A stretch of DNA of 64,000 bases from Amoeboaphelidium occidentale (lineage: Eukaryota): positions 186,001-250,000 of the forward strand of contig JALGPX010000014.1 in the NCBI GenBank assembly GCA_023515795.1, in the 5' to 3' direction. The position numbers and the translations under genes are program-made. The notes under the pieces are model-generated. The model made no database searches, was not told the DNA's origin, and saw nothing but the letters and a program-made list of their open reading frames with translations. Positions 1-15,569 of this stretch are shown in pieces (position 1 is the stretch's first letter; the number at the start of each line of letters is the position of its first letter).

Positions 1-899
1 GAAACTTTCTAACTCCCAACTCCACTACTAAATTTAAAGAAGAAGTAGGAATCTTATTAGTAGAATAATAATTCAACATTCTTTCCAACAAAACTCCATA
101 AAACTCCAATAAATCCACATGTTTGTTATTAGAAGCCAAATCTTCATCATCACTTAATAATATAATCTCTTTATACAATTGATCATAATTTATAATTGAA
201 TCTGATGATAAATACAATAATAAACAACTTCTTCTATAATTATCTCTCTTTTGTAGAATATATTGCATTACACTTATCCTATTATTATTATTATTATTGT
301 TATTATTATTATTGTAAGAATGTTTGTTTAGTGTGATTGGTTGAATGTATTCATTAATAAACAATACAATTCTTTCAATACTGTTATTGTTATTGTTATT
401 GTTATTGTTATTGTTATTGTTATAAAAGAGTATTAAATCTACTATAAAATCTTGTGTAGAAATCCTTCTTATAAATTCAGAATACTTTAAATCTTCTTTT
501 AAATATAAATCCATTCCTTCTATTAAATCAAAGTAATCAGAAGGATTCAAAAAAGTACAAGTAATAGTACAAGAAGTAAGGGAAATGTTGTAGAATGTGT
601 TTGTAGTCTTTTTCAAATATTTTATAATTGAATGAGTCATACATTTTCCATTACTTTTTAAAGGTAATAAAATAGATTCTTTAGAATCATTACTGAAGTG
701 TATATTAACTATAGTACTTCCTTCTTCTTCTTCTTCTTTATCTTCTTCCTTTGTTGTTGTTGTAGTTGTTGTAGTTGTTGTTGTAGAAGGATTGTAATAC
801 TTTAATGTCAATTCAATTAGTTCAATTCTTTTTAGTATTTCTTCTATTGAATATTTACAAAGTGGATTCTCTTCTTCTTCTTCTTCTTTTGTTATTGTT

Positions 900-933
<34 letters not shown>

Positions 934-952
934 CTTCTTGTTGCATTGTCAT
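1..952 (-). CDS. Hypothetical low-complexity protein (poly-T/E/N tracts); 3' end runs off the window
   Basis: Hand translation gives an open frame from ATG 952 (MTMQQEETTT...) to base 1 with no stop in very AT-rich DNA. Allelic microsatellite differences seen in the duplicate copy preserve the frame. Confidence 0.6.
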
Positions 953-1001
953 TAACACGTTGTTGTTTGTGGAAAAAGAAAAAATGATTGATTGTGATTC
1001 N

Positions 1002-1309
1002 TTAGAATCATTACTGAAGTGTATATTAACTATAGTACTTCCTTCTTCTTTATCTTTATCTTCTTCCTTTGTTGTTGTTGTAGTTGTTGTAGTTGTTGTA
1101 GAAGGATTGTAATACTTTAATGTCAATTCAATTAGTTCAATTCTTTTTAGTATTTCTTCTATTGAATATTTACAAAGTGGATTCTCTTCTTCTTCTTCTT
1201 CTTTTGTTGTTGTTGTTGTTGTTGTTGTTATTATTGTTGTTTCTTCTTGTTGCATTGTCATTAACACGTTGTTGTTTGTGGAAAAAGAAAAAATGATTGA
1301 TTGTGATTC
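1002..1309. repeat. Allelic duplicate of 681-1000 (overlapping contig ends joined by N at 1001)
   Basis: Near-identical sequence restarts right after the N; differences are confined to the trinucleotide tracts. Confidence 0.9.
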
Positions 1310-1456
1310 CAATAGAAAACACCTTTTCAAGTGGATGAGTCATCATCATCATCATCATCATCATCAACAATAATGATAATAATAATAATTCTATTTAATC
1401 TCAATTAGTATTGGATTAGTACTACTTTTAATATCTACTAATCCTCCTCCTCCTGN

Positions 1457-1621
1457 TGATTGATTGTGATTCCAATAGAAAACACCTTTTCAAGTGGATG
1501 AGTCATCATCATCATCATCATCAACAACAATAATGATAATAATAATAATAATAATTCTATTTAATCTCAATTAGTATTGGATTAGTACTACTTTTAATAT
1601 CTACTAATCCTCCTCCTCCTG
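1457..1621. repeat. Allelic duplicate of 1294-1455 (N at 1456)
   Basis: Same sequence with different (CAT)n/(AAT)n counts. Confidence 0.9.
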
Positions 1622-2006
1622 ATCCTGATGATACTCGAAATGTTCTTCTAATGTCATATACTCCTCTTTTGTATATTATTAGATTAGAATGTATTACTGT
1701 AGTTGTATTAGGATTCAGTTCAATTTCATACTTATTCTTGGTAGAATTCCAACTATATAATAATAATAATAATGATGATGATGATAATGATAATAATAAA
1801 AGCATTCTATCAAAGATTATTGTCATTTAATTAGTAATAAAAGTTACCTTTCTTTATCGTCACTACTATTGCTATTGCTACTACTACCACTACCACTACC
1901 ACTACCACTACTATTGTAGCATGACAACAACTCAATTAATGCTTTTGCCTTTTGATTATGTGAATTGTTTTTCAGTTTAAATGTGACCTTTACCAAAGTA
2001 TTATCT

Positions 2007-2038
<32 letters not shown>

Positions 2039-5000
2039 ATAGACTTGTTGGTCTGTTTCTACTATATATGAAATCATTGAATCATTTCCAGATGCAGTTA
2101 AAGGTTGCTGTAATAAAATGTTCATTAGTTGCTTTCTTTCCTTGATTGTGGATTCAAACAGAGAGTTTGTTTTTAGTAGAGATTGAGCATTGTTCTTGTT
2201 GTTGTTGTTGTTGTTATTGGAATCTGTAGAGGGAAGAATTAGGGGTGGGGGTTTGTGGCGTATTGGTAGAGCATGTACACAATGGTATCCATGTTTATCA
2301 CCGCCACCGCCACCGCCGCCACCACTACAGCTGCTGCTGCTGCTGCTGCTCCAGTAAACTATCAAGTCTACTTCATTTGTTTGGAATAGAGTGAATATTT
2401 TGGTGTAGTCTTCAAGGAGAGGAATTGATTGTTTTAAATATAGAAGTTTCCAGTAGTTTCTGTTTAGTAATTGTAGTTGTAGAAGGTTCTTTTTTGAAGT
2501 TGTGGTAGATGAATTGTTGATTTCTAATTGGGATTTAGTAAGGGTCGCTGTTATTGGTTGATTCTTGGCCTGTTTTAGTTCGTTTCTGAGGAATAGTAAT
2601 AGTCTGTTTGATGTATATAATTCAGGGTCATCTTTAATAGAAGTTGAAGTTGCAGCTCCACCAGATTCACTTGTAATGATGTTGCAGTATGAAAAGTAAT
2701 TGGATGATTCTTTGATCTTTTCCTTGAATGGTAGTAAATCATTAGCAATCACTTTTATAGCTGTGGAATTATTCAGAGTTTGGCATTCAATTCTGTCTAT
2801 AGTGAATTCTTCTTTTGATAGATTTTGTAGTTCCATTCCCAGTAGATACTTGTCTAGTGATGTTTCTGATTGTTTAGTAAAACAGTTCAGTTTCAGAGAT
2901 GGATTAACTGTTAATCTGCAAAAGTGTCTGGTTGTTCTGGAATTACTATTTGATGTGGAATTGAATAGGAATGATAGTCTAATCAAGTGCTTTCCAGTCT
3001 TATCAAATCTCAGTAGAATTGGTATCTTCAGCTGACTGTTTGGAGCGATAGCAACATTAGAGTTGGTTGGAATGGAAATGTATGGATGGTCTGTAAGTTG
3101 ATTGTTGATTTCCAAGGTGATTCTATCCTCCTGAGCAATACTGTCAATATCTTTTGTCCCAATAAGTATACATCCACGATGACTGCTTTTGACTTTGATG
3201 CTAGATATAGGAATATCAGATACATTCTTCAATACAAGTTCGCCACTTATTACTTGTCCCGCTAGTACTGGTATCTCTTCTTTTTCATTACCAGATTGAA
3301 AAGATGTCTCAATTACAAGTCTAGGCATTGGAGGATAGACCGTTAGCTGCAGTGATTGTTTCTTTTGTGCAGGGAAAGTAACGTGTCTGTCGATTTTTTT
3401 GAAGAGTCTGAATGTGAAGCCTTCTATGGTCAAAGGTCCTTCTTTCAGTGGAATGACTTTGAATACTAATTTAACATCAAGGCCTGGCATTATTTTGATA
3501 GACTCATAAGTATAGATATCAGTCTCGGGCATTGAAGTCAGAAGCTTAACATTCTGCAATTCCAATGGAATCAATAATGGATTCTTGACAACAAAAGAGA
3601 CAAAGAAAGGTTCCTTGACACAAAAAGAAGAATTACCAGTCTTCTGTCCAATAAAAAGATCTTTCTCGAAATCTTTCCATCCTTCTTCTGTTAACTCTTC
3701 GTCATTATGCGCAAATGCAGTTCCCAACTGGCTGGGTTTGTTAGCAATCTCAAAAGAATTCGGTTTAACCGCTACTACAGATACTTGGTCATCTTTGGTG
3801 TTTTCTGTGGGCAAGGTACTCCCAATAGTTTCTTGGGCACAGTTAAGAAAGTTGTTCAAATACTTTCCCTGTTCTGAAGGAAGCTGATGCCTGTTTTCTC
3901 TAGAAACACATTTGCCATAGAAAGCAGCTGCTTCTTGTGGACGACCCAGTTTGTACATTAAAACATTTCCTATTTCGGAGTTCAAATAATCTTCTATCAG
4001 CAACCATCCTTTGCCTTCAACCTGATCTAAACACTGTGTGAAACAACGAATAAAATGAGTGTACTTCTCGCTCTCCAGATATTTGATACCAGCAAGTGTA
4101 AGATAAAATACATTCTTCCTAATGAGCGGCTTGTTTGATAATTTCAAACAGCACAGTGCGCATTGTTCGTAAAACATTGCTGCTAGTATCGGATCGATAT
4201 CTGATATTATTCTTATCAATACTTTAATGCAATCTTTATAATTTGACTCCTGTTTGTATGCCTCATGGAACAACAAACATGTTCTCAGTGCATATTCTGA
4301 ATAATTATTGTCGGAATACGTTTTGACGCTCATTTCAAATACACTTTCTGCATCTTTCTTGTCATTCAGAAATATGTGACATAATCCAATCATTTCCAAT
4401 ACTCCAGCGTAATACTTATTTGCTTTATCATTCTGGTAGTCTCTTTTAACATCTCTGTAAACATTTTCAGCGTACCTGATATCACCCAACATGAAAGCAA
4501 AGTCGCCACATCGCCTCAACATTGCCTCATGTGTTGCATATGGATAAACACTCATCCTTTGTTCAACAGGCGCATTGACTTTTAGATCAATGCCGCTATT
4601 GAATGATATGTGTCTAATTGAAGATGCCCTGCTTGAACTCGAGAACAATCGCCGAGCTTGTTGCAATCCCCTGGCAAGACCCTTTCTAGAAGTTACAACT
4701 TGATCGTTCCATTTCAATAAAAGGCTATCCATGAAAGGTATTAAACTATGAAGAGCAAATTCTTTAACGAAAGCCATGACATTTTCCCTGTCTTTCGGAT
4801 CTTCTTTAGCAGGTACCGGAGGAGGAATATCCATATCCAGTAGATTAACCTCTGCGGGAGCTGCATCTAAAAGAGGAGAGCTCAACTTTAACATGAAACA
4901 GTGTAATCCATAAATGCGTTTCACCTCAGCGTACAAATGATCACCTGCACCATCCAACGAAAAGACCATATTAAATCTGAGGACATCAGGAGAAACAAAA

Positions 5001-5527
5001 GCACTGTCATACATCTTCTTCCAAACTTCTTGCAATTCTTGGATAGAAGCGTTGCCAGTAATCACATAAACAAACGCAACAGGATGATTAAAAGTTTCGT
5101 GCTCGCTCTCCTTCCTATACCACCGAGACTGAGTTATCAACTTCTTAACAAAGCGGCTGAATTTCTGTGGACCGTCTTGCTCCACTTCAAAATCTTGTGG
5201 TAACTGAATTTTATATTGCGCTGCTGGTTGAGACAGCGTAGATGGCGACGGCAGTTCTAATGTCCCTTGTGCTGAACCAACTGTAGCGTTCCCTGCAGAC
5301 AAACCACTCAGGTCTCCCACAGAAAATAATTCTTTTTCGGATGATATCAACCTCCAATTGACCTCAAATTTATCCAAGTGATATGTTCCTACGTTAGGTT
5401 CCAAAGAATTGCGAGTCAAGCTCAATCCCTCAAGCGAACAAGTCTGTAGAAGAGGAAGCAGCTTTTCTTGTAGAATTCCAGCATTCTTGTAGTTGCTGGG
5501 AATCAGTAAAACTGTGGGGCTGAACAT
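1557..5527 (-). CDS. TRAPPC8: TRAPPIII subunit Trs85/TRAPPC8
   Basis: Motif RRCGDFAFMLGD..YA...Y..VKRDYQNDKA.KYYAG.LEM and Ig-like C-terminal half. A 41-nt intron (1807-1847) joins the main ORF to the 1557-1806 exon (W...T...L.P...GVYD). First ATG at 5527. Confidence 0.85.
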
Positions 5528-5578
5528 TCTCTGATAGAAACAATCCAAGTTTCGCTCGGCTTGATTTTCTGAAAAGAA

Positions 5579-8500
5579 ATGGTTTGGTTCGCTTTAAACG
5601 ACAGTGGAAATAACCGGGACTCTGACACGGAATCTCTTCAGCTTTCAAAGGAAGATTTACTGCACAAGTTTACTATTCAGTATAACAATGCTTTGAATGC
5701 CATGGTCGAAGATGACACTGTAACAGCTAGAGAGATTCTTTCGGAACTATCAAAGGAAGATTTGATTCTAGACGAACTTGACATTGTACGGTACGCCTTC
5801 GAGAGAGACAATGGAGAACACGAATATGATAATGCCAAAAGTGAATCTGCCTCGTCTGATGGAGACGCAGAGAATCAGGATGAAGAGCACAGTGATTCTC
5901 CCATGCGCCACTTAGCTTTCGCCGTGTATTACAATTTAGCTCAGCTTGAGGAGAAGAGTAAGAATATTTTAGAAGCGGATGCGTTGTATTTTGATGCTAT
6001 CTTGTTAAACAGATACGGTTTCGATGCCTGGCTTAACTACGGATACTTCTTGTTACTGTTAAAGGGTGATTTCTATAAGAGCGTGCTGTGTTTTGAAACT
6101 GTGCTGAGTAGCTTTAAAGAAAATAATGTAAAGGCGATTACTTGGGATGCGCTGTGTGGGTTGATCATGTCGTACTTCATGTTGCTTCGCTTGGATAAAT
6201 GCAAACAACTACTTGAGATTGCATTTGGAATTAAGAAAGATTATAAGTTTGGCCTAAGATTGCAGGAACTTCTGGAACTTGAGCCAAAAGAAATGTGTAA
6301 ACATGAATTGTTTCAATGGCGTGACAGTGTTTTGCGTCAGTTTAACACGAAGGCAGATGATGCTGACCAAGATGACGAAGAACAAAAATACTTTAATATT
6401 TCCCTAGAATCTTTAACTGTTTACAACGTCTTTAGAGGGATGTATGATGCTCTTAGTGATGAAAATGAAGAAAACTTTCATTTGAATGTTTACTTTGATG
6501 TGTTTATGGAAGATGAATTATCATTTCTTCAGGAGGAAGGTGATATGCAAAGATCACCGGAGGAGCATTTCGCCTCAAACGATTCCGATGGCACTGAATC
6601 TAATGAGGACGAAGGGCCATCAAATATCCGTTTGCGGTCTTTAGATCCTGTTAGCTCCATGTCTGCTAAAAAATGTGAGCTTCTGAGATCTCATGCTTTA
6701 AGTACTGATGAAGATGATGCTATTGTGAACTTAGTTGTGAAAAACAATCGTATGTTTGAGATCTTGAGCAGTACTGGATTTAACAGCAAAATGGATGCTT
6801 ATTTGACACTTATTAGAAGGTGCATTTACCTATCGGCATTCCAGTGCTCAAAAGACACAAGCAAAAGAAGCAAAAGATTGCTTAAAAGGAAAGATTCGGA
6901 ACCAGCTGATGATGAAACTGGTCATGCTAGATGGATGCGGCATCTCAAGTCACTGGTCGAATCGCAGGACGACAAAAGTTTTGCCAAAAGACTGTTTAAA
7001 TATTTGTACACGAATAACGGCTCTTTAGACATTTTTACAATGTTTCTAGGGATTTTGGATCTGAATCCTCCGGATAATGTAGGGCCTTTTCTGGTTCATA
7101 TCTTAATGCTCATTAAAAACACTGGCTTCTTTGGTAACAGCAGTCCATTTGAGCAAATTGTCCTACGCCTGTTGCCGCACGGTAGTGTTGATGAAAAAGT
7201 TATGCTGTTATTTGACATCGTTGAAAAGGTTTGGATCTCGTTGAAGAACTTCGATGCAAAAAGTTGTGCTGTAACTGAAGACTTGATTAAGTTTTGTAAC
7301 GAGGCTCTGGCACATGGTTATTTTTTACTATTGACAGAAAAGACGGCAGATACTCATTATTTGTTAGTCAAGTACTGGTTCAATATGGGCAATTTGAAAA
7401 GACAGACACATAATTGTCAAGAAAAGGAAGTATCAGCATGTTTCAATAACGCTCTGTCGTATCTTATTCAAGTTGATAGACCTGTTTTTTATGCTGGTTG
7501 CGAGCTCACACAAGAAACCATTCAGAAAGAAAGCTACAGGACAATTGCGGAAGATTACATGCAAAAATTGAAATTGAAACTTAAACAGACTGGATTTGAC
7601 GGTGCTTCAAAGGAAGATGAGGATTTAGTTAATATGTTTTATTGCTTTTTTGTCCAAGAAGCTGGAGTTACTGAATTTTACAATTATCGAGAATTGCCAA
7701 GACCCATATTTGAACAAGCACTCTCTGGCTTGCATCATGCGGATGTGTTAAACGTCATGATGCACTGTTACAAGTTCTTTAAGGAGGTTGATAATGTTGC
7801 CAAGGCAACTACAACGCTTCTCTTTTGCATTAGCATGATATATGATAACCTATTTGTTTTGGCAAATCAGGAAGAATTCTGTCGATATATAGTTGAAGAC
7901 TTCGACAATACCGTCGCAGATTCGGACCAGGATGTCTATCTTGTTGCTTTGGATACAGTTCAATGTTTATGCTTTTCCATATTTTGTCTGGTGGAGTTGA
8001 ACAATTTTTTGAGAAAAGACTTGAACCTTTTTGACGAAGGGAGCCTTCAGAAGTACAATCAGCAAATCAAATTTGCTGAAGTCATTTCCAAAGATATCCT
8101 CTACTGCAGTGCAGATATCTATGACATGCTCTATGAAGAAGTGGAGACGCAAGACCATGAAACTTTTGCATATTCTTTTGAAGCGCCTTTATCAAGAGAA
8201 TTCTCCACTACCTCGGCAAAAATATGTTATTTTCTGCAGAATTTGATTGACTATTCATGTACACCATTCTTTGTCCGAAATGAACGTTATGAAAAGTCTT
8301 TGGAGTATTTGAAAAGCTGCCATGATTATTTAGCCAGTTTGAGGGAATGCTGTGTTGGAAACGGGAAATTTTTACAGTATATAATTGAGTATTCCAGAAA
8401 GAATCTATCAGTCGTGGACAGCGATGAGATATCTATATCAGATGGAATGATCTTGCAGGCTTACAGTTGTATGTACAATTTGAAGCTTTTTACTCCAGAA

Positions 8501-11087
8501 AACCATTTTGCTCATAATCTTGCCTCTTTGAGTGATTTAGACTTTGAAACACTGCACTCAGTTTACTCAACAATCCATCCAATACTATCTAAGCATTATT
8601 TGGAGAGAAAAGATGCACAAGAAATCATCAAAAGTTTTAGAAAGTCCTTTTTGGCCTTTGTACCAGATCAGCTACTCAAGAACAGCAATATTCGTTACAA
8701 TTCAGAATTTTTGGAGGAAAAACTGTTTAGGGAACACACGGATGTATTTCATCTTGAGAACGAAATCCTTTCGGATATGATGGATGTCACAATCAATGAG
8801 GAGGAAGAAAAAATATTGTTTTTATTTCTTATGGCTGCAAAGATTTCGGTACGGAATTATTTGAACTCGCTTAATGATGAATACTTTAAGACGAGTTCGA
8901 GGATATCAAGCCTTGAAGACGCTGTCCAAGACTTCAAGTTGGTGATCAGCTCTGGCATTCTTCAAGGCAAAGAGCTTTGCGAGGCCTTATTTGAAATGAG
9001 TATTTGTATCGTCTCTATTGTTAAGGAGGAGCTTTCTTGGAGGCCTAGTATCATTATGGACAGATTCGATAAGATTATGAGGCTTGAAATCGTAGGTATC
9101 CGTTTGCTGATTCTTTCTTCGAGAACCATGCGTAAATTTAAAGAAAGCGAGATGCTCATTAGCTGCTACAGCGAATTGGGCCAGTTTTTATATCTTTGCA
9201 TGAGTAGGCCCAGTTCAGGTCGAATATTTTCCCTTGCAGAACAATCAAGAGCTTACCTTGAAGATTTGCAGACCAAACTAGTTCTTGAAGATGGATATTT
9301 CATTACCAAAGAAAAACCAGAATCCCCGACTAATCAATTTGTTTTTCCAGAAACTTGCGACAACCATGAAACAAAAAGCTCTGTTGCATGTCAATACGTT
9401 TTCAGGATGGCGTTCAGATGCTTCAAGAGCGCTAAAGATCTCGCAGAAAAACTTCATGTTTCGGATTGGGAATTGGAATTCATGATGGCAAAATGCAAAG
9501 AAAAATTGGGTGACAGTGCTGCTGCGTCGGCCTTCTATCTTAGTGCTATACAAAGTTTTGTTTCCATGTCTACATCTCCAACGGATTACTTCACATATCC
9601 AGTGACGGTTTTGTCTTTGAAATCCTCTTGGAGATTGCCTGCTTTGGAAGATGAGGGGAAGATTGTTCTTGTAGACCCTTTTTACAAGGCATTTTCATTC
9701 TTCTCTAAAAGAGCAGTCAACTCATCCGCTGATAATGCTTCACTTGATACATTACTTGTTTCCTTGTTGCGTTATTACAAGTCGGTCACCGGTAAAGCTG
9801 TCTACGAACCGAAAATTACTGTTTGGGAGGATTTTAATTCGGTTAACAGCACTCATTTGCTCATCAAGAAGTTTTTGATGATTTCGGATATGTGCTTGGC
9901 TGTAACACCACAGAATCACAGAATAGCTTATCGAATGATGTGGATCCTGGGTAAAATTGGGTGGATAGTTGAAGAATTTGTTCCATTGTCGCCTTTTACG
10001 GCACTTAGACAGAGTGCCTCGTTTATGAGCTGGTGTCAGCAATTTGTAAAGAATTATCTTCAGAAATTCATGTTTTCTGACGATGGGAAGTTAACTCCGA
10101 TTATTGAGACAACATTGTGGCAGAAGCCGGGAAAGCACTTGGTGTATTTTCATTCAATATTCTACATTCTAATTGAAACTTTAATTCACTTCAAGGATTA
10201 CGACACTATGTTTGCTGTGTTGAGAAAGTTTGGTAATCAATTTTTGGAGTATTCTGCATGGCCTAAAGATATTTGGCTAAGAGGATTCGACTGGTATTGC
10301 AAGCACTACCTTTTCCCTGAATTTCTCGCAGCATTTGGGTTGGAAAGAGCGTTCAAAGGAAATCATGAAGATTTTGCAATCTTGGATACAGGTTTCAACA
10401 ATTGCTTCTGGTTTATCAAAGACAAGTTCCCACGAAAAATGATTCTTAGAGCAATGGTAAGTTTTAAATGTAATATGCTCATTTTAGCCGGTTATTGAGA
10501 AATCCATTATGGATGCACCTGAAGCCTTTATCAATCCGCTTTGGCGGCTGGATTTGAATCCAAGACTAACAGCAGTGACAGAAGTTTTAAAGAAAATTTA
10601 CGATGCACGAAGCAAACTTAGAGACAGTGTTCCATTCGTCAAGTATCCGAACGATTCCAAGATGAAATGGGAAGAAATTAACGTATTGGATAAGCTCTTA
10701 TGCATATGTTACTCGTATTTGTTTGTTTGTAAAGGTGTTTTGAACTTTCTACATTCTAAACTTACTTCCTCGCCCTCTGAGGAACTTGTTTCACTAGAAA
10801 TGGATCGCACTTTTACACTATTGGTTCAAATTCTTATTGAAAACATGAAAAAGTCATCTCCTGCAGAAATTCAGACAGTGCTTCAAGCCCAACCAGATGT
10901 CCTGATGGATAAAATGAAGCCTTTTATGAAGAATGGAGTTCGCGTTTCTCAGAGCGAGTCTTTGGATTTAGTTGATCATACCTTTCTAACAGTCAAAGCG
11001 AATTCTTTTGTTAGAGGAAGGCTCCTTTCAAAAGTTCAGTCTATGCAACCTAGTATGGAAATCTCAGGTTCTATTGAAAACCATTAG
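5579..11087 (+). CDS. HIR3: HIRA complex TPR scaffold, CABIN1/Hir3-like
   Basis: N-terminus (F.ALN...KE......Y..AL; Y.NLAQL...A..LYFDA......W) resembles CABIN1/Hir3. A 31-nt intron (10457-10487) joins in frame to the 10509-11087 ORF. Confidence 0.7.
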
Positions 11088-11097
11088 TTGATTAGAG

Positions 11098-12156
11098 CTA
11101 TTCTTCTTTAAATTCTGTGGGTCTTTTTGGCTGATAGTGATTTGTCTCAACAAACTTTCTCCAGACCAATTCAAACAATGCTTTATCTCTACGCACAACT
11201 GCGGCAGCGACGCAAGTTTCATAGGAATCTGTGATGTCTCCGCCATTTCTCAGTAATATAGTCAATGATTCGATTTGTCCAAGTGCGCATGCAGTACTTA
11301 TCGTTTGATCATTCGCTGGACAGCCAGCATCCAAGAAAAACCTAACAGCTTGAGGATTCTTGCTACGAACTGCATTTTGTAGTCCAATGCAATCCATCGC
11401 CTTCATATTAACGCGGAACGACTTCAAAATATTCAATATGGTCACGTTGCCGTTTCTAGATGCTTGATAAACAGCCATGTTTCCAGCAGAGTGCATTTGC
11501 TTGTGTTCGTCCTTCAAAACAGGAACTTCATTCAAAGCGTTTCCGGTTTTTTCGACGAGAAATTCTCCCATATATTGCAGGAAGTTTTCCTTTCCGTGCA
11601 ATGCGCTGAGGTAAAACGAGTAACCAAGAACGTCGAATGGTACTTTGAATCTGAGCAAGTACTTGGCGACATCAACCTGATCATTCCTGGCCGCTGCTGA
11701 AAACATATTCATTAGTAATTGATTATCAACCGCGCCGCGGAATTTCAGTGACAAGTAGTTCAGTATTTCCAAGTTTCCTGTAGCTGCTGCCTGCACGAAG
11801 CTGTATCTCACAGCGTCAAGAGGAAACTTCTTCACTACACGGTCCATATTTTCCAGCTTGGTTATGTTTGAAGCCTTGCAAAGACCAACCCACGCATGAC
11901 CCAATGAACCATATCGTAAGATATCACTACACACTTCAGACAAGTGCGGAACTCTTTCTGTAAGTTTTTTCGAATCGTAAGGGCGAAGACGCGGCAAGTC
12001 CCAGAATCCTTTGCCTTCTTGAATTCTCTGGCATGTTTTGACCCAACCGTGTTTTTCAGCTAATTGAAGCGTTCTGTTCTGATACTTGATAGGATCAAAA
12101 GCTTGGATAGCGCCGCAAACCCATATAATCAGGATAAATCTAACGAACTTGATCAT
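11098..12156 (-). CDS. Ankyrin-repeat protein with predicted N-terminal signal peptide
   Basis: Repeated AA..G.LE.L.YL / AARN.QV.V.KYLL / ASRNG.V.IL.IL units; hydrophobic N-terminus MIKFVRFILIIWVCGAIQA. Confidence 0.75.
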   Translation of the reverse strand: MIKFVRFILIIWVCGAIQAFDPIKYQNRTLQLAEKHGWVKTCQRIQEGKGFWDLPRLRPYDSKKLTERVPHLSEVCSDILRYGSLGHAWVGLCKASNITKLENMDRVVKKFPLDAVRYSFVQAAATGNLEILNYLSLKFRGAVDNQLLMNMFSAAARNDQVDVAKYLLRFKVPFDVLGYSFYLSALHGKENFLQYMGEFLVEKTGNALNEVPVLKDEHKQMHSAGNMAVYQASRNGNVTILNILKSFRVNMKAMDCIGLQNAVRSKNPQAVRFFLDAGCPANDQTISTACALGQIESLTILLRNGGDITDSYETCVAAAVVRRDKALFELVWRKFVETNHYQPKRPTEFKEE

Positions 12157-12298
12157 ACTTTTAAACTATGATAGTTTGACTTGTTAGTTATAAAATAAAG
12201 TTCAAGCTCAGCCTTAGTGCACATGTCACATTGTGAACCAATAATTTCGTGATCCCATTTCACGTGGCTACAGCAACATTTTTATTCGTTTCAAGTAA

Positions 12299-13057
12299 TT
12301 AATAACGCTGAGCACCATTCATGGAGCTCTGTTGGTGCGCATTTGAGTATCCCTGATAGTATTGAGCGCCAGAAGGTGCAAGTGGAAGGTGAGATGTTTG
12401 AGGTGTTGTGTGTTGCGGATAAAAATTGTTTCTTGGAGCGTCGAAAATGTCATCAAACGGCGGAATGTTAACATTACCAACCTCTCTAGTTGAAGTTCTT
12501 GAGTTTTCTAGTGAGCCGCTTGTTGCTTGGACTTGAGGAGAAATCACGTCCGCAATGGCTTTTGATGAACCAGCTACTTCACCGTTCAAACATTTCTGGA
12601 TCATAGCTTGCCCTTCAGGACTTTTAATGACAGGCTCTAATTTGTCGGTTGCGTATGAATACACATGGCCTGTTTCGCTCGCAATCACCAGAAGAACTTG
12701 GGTACCAGTAAGTGTGTGAAGTTCGAACGCCTTCTTCATAATGCCAAACTTGCGCTTACTGAAAGTAATGTGTCGCTTACTTCTGTCTGAGATGTATTCG
12801 ATGCGGATCTTTCTCCTGTTATTGGTGTTCTTGGCGTTATCGTCGTCGTCTTGATCTGCATCACCTGTTTCGACATTGCCAATACTGTTTTCACTGTGCA
12901 ATTTGGATGAGGGATCTTCCTGGCCACCATGTAAATCAAGCCATTGATTTAAATCTTCTGTGACTTCCTGTTTCAGCAACGCCTCTTCGTCTCGTGCTTT
13001 TCGTTTCTTTGGACCAGCAAAGGTTTCAGGTGAGCTAAATGTATTTGTGAACGTCAT
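12299..13057 (-). CDS. MCM1: SRF/Mcm1-type MADS-box transcription factor
   Basis: RRKIRIEYISDRSKRHITFSKRKFGIMKKAFELHTLTGTQVLLVIASETGHVYSYAT; first ATG at 13057. Confidence 0.9.
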   Translation of the reverse strand: MTFTNTFSSPETFAGPKKRKARDEEALLKQEVTEDLNQWLDLHGGQEDPSSKLHSENSIGNVETGDADQDDDDNAKNTNNRRKIRIEYISDRSKRHITFSKRKFGIMKKAFELHTLTGTQVLLVIASETGHVYSYATDKLEPVIKSPEGQAMIQKCLNGEVAGSSKAIADVISPQVQATSGSLENSRTSTREVGNVNIPPFDDIFDAPRNNFYPQHTTPQTSHLPLAPSGAQYYQGYSNAHQQSSMNGAQRY

Positions 13058-13307
13058 TAAAGAATAAACAGAAACAGAAACACGTCGAACCAGCGGCGTT
13101 ACGAAGAAATGAAAGTGGCTTTCGCTGAGACGCTTAAATGGGGCGTTTAGAACCAAAATGGAAGGTGTCAAATGAGGCGTTCGTCGAAGATTTGATCGAG
13201 AAAAGCCACAAATTTTGACACTAACAGAAGTGATTGTAGTAAAGCGCTATTGAGTGTGAAGATAAGAGCTGGACCTTACTTTATTACTGAGATCGCCACC
13301 TCTATGT

Positions 13308-15557
<2,250 letters not shown>

Positions 15558-15569
15558 TTGTGCAATTCT

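Noticed and set aside
805..1370. Poly-L and poly-M/N ORFs (805-987, 1170-1370)
   Set aside because: Alternate-frame readings of triplet microsatellites.
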